From contig JBGAJA010000002.1 of assembly GCA_044225175.1 (NCBI GenBank), positions 728,991 through 792,990 of the forward strand: a stretch of DNA of 64,000 nucleotides, given 5' to 3'. Made by a program: the position numbers and the translations under genes. How positions within the stretch are numbered: the first letter of the stretch is position 1; each line of letters opens with the position of its first letter. This stretch comes from Candidatus Omnitrophota bacterium. GTDB taxonomy: Bacteria > Omnitrophota > Gorgyraeia > Zapsychrales > Fredricksoniimonadaceae. Positions 58,304 to 64,000 of the stretch are shown one piece after another. The notes under the pieces were generated by a model. That model searched no databases and was not told where the DNA came from. It saw only the letters and a list, made by a program, of their open reading frames with translations.

Positions 58304-59948
58304 AACCATAGCATTCACACTACTAGCTTTCTTGGTATTAGTACCATCTAGCTATGCCAATAATTTACAGTTAAAAAATTTGAATGTGGTAAGTTCAGAT
58401 ACAGCTTCAGAAACGATGACTTTCTCTTTTGACTTAACTCAAGAAAATAGCTGGAGAACTAATACCAATAATACAATTAGTTATGATGCTGTATGGGTTT
58501 TTATGAAATATTCAACTGATGGTGGAATTACCTGGAAGCATGGTACCATGAATGGAAGCGGTGTTAATCCCGCAGGTTTTTACGCTCCAGCTAATTTCCA
58601 GATTGAAGTCCCAGTCATTGACCAAAAAGGTTTCTTTTTGCATCGTTCTGATTTTGGTTCAGGAAACATTGCTCCAACAGGAATCAAATTTGTATGGAAC
58701 TATCACCAAGATGGTTTAACAACTGCGGTGGCTGAAGCTTCAAATACAATTCATAAAATATTCGGTATTGAAATGGTCTATATTCCCACAGGCGCATTTT
58801 ATGCGGGAGATGGGGACAGTTCTGCAGAATTCCATCTAAAAGCTGGATCAGCAGACAATACTCCTTGGTATATTCAAAGTGAAACTGGTTTCATGACAAC
58901 CAATACTCCTAATGGAGGGTATTATTACGTAAGTACTGGAGCTACTGGTGAATATGCAGATGGTGCCCCCTTCCAAATAACAAATGATTTTCCTAAAGGT
59001 TATAATGCATTTTATTTAATGAAATATGAATTAACTGAAGGACAATGGGTCAGCTTCTTTAATACACTTTCTAATGCAGCGAAAGTCAATCGCGATATTA
59101 CAACAGGTACAGGTGTAGGTGGAAAGGCCTCTGATGGTGTGGTTAATCGTAATACTATCGCTTGGGACCACTTACAACCTTCATTACCGGCTACCACTTT
59201 AAGACCATCTCGACCTGTTAGCTATGTTTCATGGCCTGATGTTGCAGCTTATGCAGCATGGGCAGGTCTTCGTCCTATGACAGAATTAGAATTTGAAAAA
59301 GCTGCACGTGGGAAAGGTAAAGAAGCCATTGCTGATGAGTTTGCTTGGGGTAATACAAGTTATTCTAGCGCTAATCCTTCTGATATCGATCCTAATGCTG
59401 ATGAAAATGGCACAGAAACAATTTTGACTGGTTCTGCAAACTTTAATGGTAATTCTTCAGGGTTTACCAGTGGTGATGGACGTCCAGGTGGGCCAGCAGA
59501 TGGTCAAGTTGGACCTCTTCGTTCTGGAATTTTTGCCTCTGCTCTTTCGAATAGAAATAAGAGCGGAGCAGGTTTTTATGGCAATATGGAACTTTCCGGT
59601 AATTTATATGAGCCCGTTGTCACCATAGGTCGTACTCAAGGACTTTCTTTTCTGGGTTCTCATGGAAATGGTGAATTAACAAGTGCTTCCGGATATGAAG
59701 GTTTTGCATCCAATAGTGATTGGCCTGGATATGATTCAGCACATGGTGTTGTAGATCACACTAAAGGTATTGGTTACCGAGGGGGAGATTTTAAATCATC
59801 TCTTCGTGCTTTTGAAATTTCTTCTCGAACAAATGCAGCTAAAGATCCAGATACTCAAGGATGTCTTCAACGTTATGATTCAGGTGCAGGATGCGTTGGG
59901 TTAAGTGGAGTCTTTTACGGTGGGCGTTTAGCTAGAACAGCACCTTAA
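58290..59948 (+). CDS. Secreted FGE-sulfatase (SUMF1/CLec-fold) domain protein 2
   Basis: Start reassigned to the signal-peptide Met; MVYIPTGAFYAG, MKYELTEGQW, LRPMTELEFEKAARG, MELSGN..E, RGGDF, GGRLAR; clear paralog of the preceding gene. Confidence 0.85.
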   Translation: MMAIKTIAFTLLAFLVLVPSSYANNLQLKNLNVVSSDTASETMTFSFDLTQENSWRTNTNNTISYDAVWVFMKYSTDGGITWKHGTMNGSGVNPAGFYAPANFQIEVPVIDQKGFFLHRSDFGSGNIAPTGIKFVWNYHQDGLTTAVAEASNTIHKIFGIEMVYIPTGAFYAGDGDSSAEFHLKAGSADNTPWYIQSETGFMTTNTPNGGYYYVSTGATGEYADGAPFQITNDFPKGYNAFYLMKYELTEGQWVSFFNTLSNAAKVNRDITTGTGVGGKASDGVVNRNTIAWDHLQPSLPATTLRPSRPVSYVSWPDVAAYAAWAGLRPMTELEFEKAARGKGKEAIADEFAWGNTSYSSANPSDIDPNADENGTETILTGSANFNGNSSGFTSGDGRPGGPADGQVGPLRSGIFASALSNRNKSGAGFYGNMELSGNLYEPVVTIGRTQGLSFLGSHGNGELTSASGYEGFASNSDWPGYDSAHGVVDHTKGIGYRGGDFKSSLRAFEISSRTNAAKDPDTQGCLQRYDSGAGCVGLSGVFYGGRLARTAP

Positions 59949-59985
59949 TTAATGAAAGCTTTATTATTGTTTTTTATAAAAGTTC

Positions 59986-62900
59986 ATGTCAGATAAAAAA
60001 TTAAAATTGAAAACTTCAAATCGTCTACTACTATGCTTGGCTCTGTTAGCGTTTTCTGTAGTCGGTTTCGTTGTCTCTAAAGCCTTTGCTCAATACACTG
60101 GCGGCAATCAAACTTCTATTGAAGAAGCCACGATTGGAAGCAACATTTATGTTGGCGGTTCTCAAACCAATACTCCCTATGCTAGCTCTGATGGAACAGG
60201 ATCTTTGTCCCATGGTGCTGCAACCAAACTCGTTTTTAGTGTTATTCCTTCAGCAGAAAAACACGGTATAGCCTTTAGTCGCCAACCTGTTGTAGTCATT
60301 GAAGATGCTAATGGAAATATAGTTACTAGTGATAATTCAACTCAAGTAACCATTGCAATTCTTAATAATCCAGGCAATGGTGTCTTAAGAGGAGCTACTA
60401 CCATCCAGGCAGTTAATGGTTCTGCTAATTATTCCGACTTAAACATTACAAAAGCTGGACAACTTTATACATTGCAAGCAACTGCTGAAGGATTAACATC
60501 AGCTATTTCTTCTCCATTTGATGTACAGGTTGGAACAGGTCCTCAGGGTACTGCTACTTGGATAAGTACTTTAGGAGCATACCGTATTTTTACATGGATT
60601 GTAGATAACAACCAAAGACTGCCTTTAACCGGTGATACCTGTAATGATACTGTAATTTATAAAGCTGATGGGACTTCCGAAACAACGCTAACGATGGGAA
60701 CACCAGATCTCGTAAATAATTGGTGTAAATCTGATTTGACTTGGACACCTTCTAACTCTCAAATTTCTTATTTTGCAAATATTTCAATTATTCACTCTTC
60801 TACGACTCTTGAAAATTATATACCTTTAACTTTATCTGGTGGTTTTGCTCGTGATACATATGGTAACAATATCAACTGGCAAGACATTGCTCTCATCAAG
60901 GCTAAAACAGACACCATTAACTGGCAAGATATTGGAGTTATTAAAAGTAGCACAGATACAGTTAATTGGCAGGATGTCAGTGTTATTCTTTCCAATACAA
61001 ATTCTATTAAATCCATCACCAGTACTATTTCTACAAATGTCAATTGGCAAGACATTGATCGTATGTCCCAATCAGGTGTCAATTGGATGGATGTGGCTCG
61101 AACAACTTTAGTTGGGATTAATTGGAATGATTTCTCAATATTATCAAATGTTGGTATTAATTGGGCTGATTTTAGCGTCCTTACTAAGGGTGGGATCAAT
61201 TGGAATGATATTAGCGTGTTAGGTAAAGCTCATGTTAATTGGGCTGATTTCTCAAAACTTTCTTCTTTAGGAATTAATTGGAATGATATGGACAAGCTTT
61301 TTAAGGCCGGCGTGAATTGGCAAAGCTTTTCCTTATTATCAAATACAGGAATTAATTGGTATGACATGGCTATCATGTCTGGAGCAAGAATTGATTGGTC
61401 AAACACAATTAATTGGTACAGTCTTGCCGCTTTAACAACTTCAGGAGTAAATTGGAATGATTTAGCTATTTTATCAGTCAATAATATTAATTGGAATGAT
61501 ATCAAAATTTTGTCTACCGTTGGGATCAATTGGAATGATTTGAATATTTTAAGTAAGTCAGGAATTAATTGGCGTGATATAGATCTTTTAACCACGGCTG
61601 GAATTAATTGGGTAGACTTTGGAATTTTAGGTAAAGCTGGAATCAATTGGAATGATTTAGGAGTGTTAGCTAAAACAGGAATTAATTGGCAAGATTTAGG
61701 AGTTTTTACTAAAGCTGGCATCAATTGGAACGATTTAGGTGTTTTAACTAAAACGGGAATTAATTGGTTGGATTTACAAGTTTTATCTCGCACAGGAATT
61801 AATTGGAGTGATATTAATGTTTTAAGTAAGACAGGAATTAACTGGCAAGACTTTACGGCATTGAGTAAAGTCGGAATCAACTGGAATGATTTAGGAGTAT
61901 TAGCAAAGACTGGAATCAACTGGCAAGACTTAGGAGTGTTAAGTAAGGCTGGAATCAACTGGAATGATTTAGGAATATTAGCCAAGACAGGAGTTAATTG
62001 GCAAGATTTTGGAGTACTAAGTAAGGCTGGAATTAACTGGAATGATTTAGGAGTATTGGCCAAAAGTGGAATTAACTGGCAAGATTTTGCAGCAGTGAGC
62101 AAGGTAGGGATCAATTGGAATGATTTGCAAGTCATGCATTCACTTGGAATCAACTGGCAAGATTTTGCAGCGTTGAGTAAAGTTGGAATCAACTGGAATG
62201 ATTTAGGAGTATTAGCAAAGACCGGAATCAACTGGCAAGACTTTGCAGTATTAAGTAAGAATGGAATCAACTGGAATGATTTAGGAGTGTTGGCAAAGAC
62301 AGGAATCAACTGGCAAGATTTTGGAGTGTTGAGTAAGACGGGAATTAACTGGAATGACTTAAATGTGTTAAGTAGAACTGGAGTTAATTGGCAAGATTTT
62401 GGAGTGTTAAGTAAGGTTGGAGTCAACTGGAATGATTTAGGAGTGTTAGCCAAGAGTGGAATTAATTGGCAAGATTTAGGAGTATTGAGTAAGACAGGAA
62501 TCAATTGGAATGATTTAGGAGTATTAGCAAAGACAGGAATCAACTGGCAAGATTTAGGAGTGTTAAGTAAGACCGGAATTAACTGGAATGACTTAAATGT
62601 GTTAAGTAGGACCGGAGTAAACTGGATGGATTTAGCAGTGTTCAGTAAAGCCGGAGTTAACTGGAATGATTGGGGAATATTAGGAAAGAGCGGAATCAAT
62701 TGGCAAGACTTTGCAGCGTTGAGCAAGGTAGGGATCAATTGGAATGACCTAGTTACATTAAGTAAGACCGGAGTTAACTGGCAAGATTTTGCAGCATTAA
62801 GTAAGACGGGAATTAACTGGAATGACTTAAATGTGTTAAGTAGAACCGGGATTAACTGGATAGATTTAGCAGTGTTTAGTAAATCTGGAGTTAACTGGAA

Positions 62901-64000
62901 TGATTGGGGAATATTAGGAAAGAGTGGAATCAACTGGCAAGACTTTGCAGCGTTGAGTAAAGTTGGAATCAACTGGAATGATTTAGGAGTGTTGGCGAAG
63001 ACCGGAATCAACTGGCAAGATTTAGGAGTATTAAGCAAGACAGGAATTAATTGGAATGACATGCAGGTATTGCATGCAACAGGAATCAACTGGGTTGATT
63101 TAAGTGTATTTAGCAAGGTAGGAATCAATTGGAATGATTGGAGTGTGTTAGGCAAGAGTGGAATTAACTGGCAAGATTTTGGAGTATTAAGCAAGGTAGG
63201 AGTTAATTGGAATGATTTAGGAGTGTTGGCGAAGACCGGAATCAACTGGCAAGATTTAGGAGTGTTGAGTAAGGTTGGGATCAATTGGAATGATATTGGA
63301 GTATTAGCGAAGAGTGGAATTAACTGGCAAGATTTAGCAGCCTTTAGTAAGGCAGGGGTTAACTGGAATGATTGGGGAATATTAGGAAAGAGTGGAATCA
63401 ACTGGCAAGATTTTGCAGCATTGAGCAAAGTTGGAATCAACTGGAATGATTTAGGAGTATTAGCAAAGACCGGAATCAACTGGCAAGACTTAGGAGTGTT
63501 AAGTAAGGCTGGAATCAACTGGAATGATTTAGGAGTATTAGCAAAGACTGGAATTAACTGGCAAGATTTAGCAGCCTTTAGTAAGGCAGGGGTTAACTGG
63601 AATGATTGGGGAATATTAGGAAAGAGTGGAATCAACTGGCAAGACTTTGCAGCATTGAGCAAAGTTGGAATCAACTGGAATGATTTAGGAGTATTAGCAA
63701 AGACCGGAATCAACTGGCAAGACTTTGGAGTGTTAAGTAAGGCTGGAATCAACTGGAATGATTTAGGAGTATTAGCAAAGACAGGAATCAACTGGCAAGA
63801 TTTTGGAGTATTAAGCAAGGTAGGAGTTAACTGGAATGATTTAGCAGTGTTAGCAAAGACCGGGGTTAACTGGCAAGATTTTGCAGCAGTGAGTAAGGTT
63901 GGGATCAATTGGAATGATTTGCAAGTCATGCATTCACTTGGAATTAACTGGCATGATTTTGCAGCATTGAGCAAAGTCGGAGTTAACTGGAATGATTTAG
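59986..64000 (+). CDS. Large secreted repeat protein (>1,338 aa, runs off the window): signal peptide, Ig-like domain, 13-aa G(I/V)NWxD tandem repeats
   Basis: Manually translated open frame from ATG 59986: MSDKKLKLKTSNRLLLCLALLAFSVVGFVVSKAFA|QYTGG...; Ig-like ATKLVFSV...QPVVVIEDANGNIVTSD...YTLQATAEGL; no stop to 64000; absent from the ORF track, presumably because it has no stop in the window. Confidence 0.9.
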   Translation, partial: MSDKKLKLKTSNRLLLCLALLAFSVVGFVVSKAFAQYTGGNQTSIEEATIGSNIYVGGSQTNTPYASSDGTGSLSHGAATKLVFSVIPSAEKHGIAFSRQPVVVIEDANGNIVTSDNSTQVTIAILNNPGNGVLRGATTIQAVNGSANYSDLNITKAGQLYTLQATAEGLTSAISSPFDVQVGTGPQGTATWISTLGAYRIFTWIVDNNQRLPLTGDTCNDTVIYKADGTSETTLTMGTPDLVNNWCKSDLTWTPSNSQISYFANISIIHSSTTLENYIPLTLSGGFARDTYGNNINWQDIALIKAKTDTINWQDIGVIKSSTDTVNWQDVSVILSNTNSIKSITSTISTNVNWQDIDRMSQSGVNWMDVARTTLVGINWNDFSILSNVGINWADFSVLTKGGINWNDISVLGKAHVNWADFSKLSSLGINWNDMDKLFKAGVNWQSFSLLSNTGINWYDMAIMSGARIDWSNTINWYSLAALTTSGVNWNDLAILSVNNINWNDIKILSTVGINWNDLNILSKSGINWRDIDLLTTAGINWVDFGILGKAGINWNDLGVLAKTGINWQDLGVFTKAGINWNDLGVLTKTGINWLDLQVLSRTGINWSDINVLSKTGINWQDFTALSKVGINWNDLGVLAKTGINWQDLGVLSKAGINWNDLGILAKTGVNWQDFGVLSKAGINWNDLGVLAKSGINWQDFAAVSKVGINWNDLQVMHSLGINWQDFAALSKVGINWNDLGVLAKTGINWQDFAVLSKNGINWNDLGVLAKTGINWQDFGVLSKTGINWNDLNVLSRTGVNWQDFGVLSKVGVNWNDLGVLAKSGINWQDLGVLSKTGINWNDLGVLAKTGINWQDLGVLSKTGINWNDLNVLSRTGVNWMDLAVFSKAGVNWNDWGILGKSGINWQDFAALSKVGINWNDLVTLSKTGVNWQDFAALSKTGINWNDLNVLSRTGINWIDLAVFSKSGVNWNDWGILGKSGINWQDFAALSKVGINWNDLGVLAKTGINWQDLGVLSKTGINWNDMQVLHATGINWVDLSVFSKVGINWNDWSVLGKSGINWQDFGVLSKVGVNWNDLGVLAKTGINWQDLGVLSKVGINWNDIGVLAKSGINWQDLAAFSKAGVNWNDWGILGKSGINWQDFAALSKVGINWNDLGVLAKTGINWQDLGVLSKAGINWNDLGVLAKTGINWQDLAAFSKAGVNWNDWGILGKSGINWQDFAALSKVGINWNDLGVLAKTGINWQDFGVLSKAGINWNDLGVLAKTGINWQDFGVLSKVGVNWNDLAVLAKTGVNWQDFAAVSKVGINWNDLQVMHSLGINWHDFAALSKVGVNWNDL
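61075..64000 (+). repeat. 39-bp coding tandem repeat (~75 units), consensus GGAATYAAYTGG(AAT/CAA)GATTTAGGAGTRTTA(GCA/AGT)AAGACN
   Basis: Unbroken 39-bp register from 61444 to the window end (65 full units); 8 more units 61075-61386; looser 15-aa-spaced units from 60871. Confidence 0.95.

Noticed and set aside
2676-59628. Numerous 60-125 aa ORFs nested in or antisense to housekeeping genes
   Set aside because: They lie fully or largely over well-supported genes and have no recognisable motifs.
56738-59948. Diversity-generating retroelement targeting the FGE/CLec genes
   Set aside because: No reverse transcriptase and no template repeat differing at adenines seen in this window; a DGR acting in trans cannot be excluded.
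60071-61199. Short ORFs 60071..60271, 60839..61111, 60816..61199 and 60832..61071
   Set aside because: Alternative-frame or antisense shadows inside the long CDS starting at 59986.
61230-63974. 914-aa minus-strand ORF with (S)CQLIP/FQLIP repeats
   Set aside because: Antisense shadow of the 39-bp coding repeat. The + frame has a signal peptide, operon context and third-position variation consistent with its own reading frame.
61075-64000. Possible CRISPR array
   Set aside because: Head-to-tail 39-bp units with no unique spacers, an open reading frame throughout, and no cas genes in the window.

Overview
AT-rich bacterial chromosomal window with almost all genes on the + strand. It is probably from Candidatus Omnitrophota (PVC-related); this is inferred from the signature-like termini of the 2.3-kaa protein and is not verified. 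Most of the window is housekeeping: end of a two-component locus, dtd, tatD, a divergent Nfn/Sud-like pair, panB, rsmE, tRNA-Pro, ligA, xerD, a compact tRNA nucleotidyltransferase, rbfA-nrnA-truB-ribF (interrupted by a frameshifted YhcG/DUF1016 gene), a dcw cluster mraZ..ftsA without ftsZ or murB, tRNA-Arg(UCG), the glycine cleavage operon and glycosyltransferases. Two accessory systems stand out. (1) A ~2,320-aa secreted protein (20033..26992) in which a cargo of two GHKL ATPase modules (one apparently permuted), a propeller-like region and an HExxH motif is bracketed by DxAM motifs between distinct N- and C-terminal modules. (2) An operon from 53678 to the window end: GspC-like protein, secretin, TPR protein, two FGE-sulfatase-fold secreted proteins and an unannotated >1,338-aa secreted protein with ~75 tandem 13-aa G(I/V)NWxD repeats showing 2-unit and 6-unit higher-order periodicity. 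Also found: an unannotated 59-aa lipoprotein, nested in-frame palindromic elements and a perfect 29-bp palindrome inside yhcG. All product calls come from motif recognition by eye; no database searches were run.
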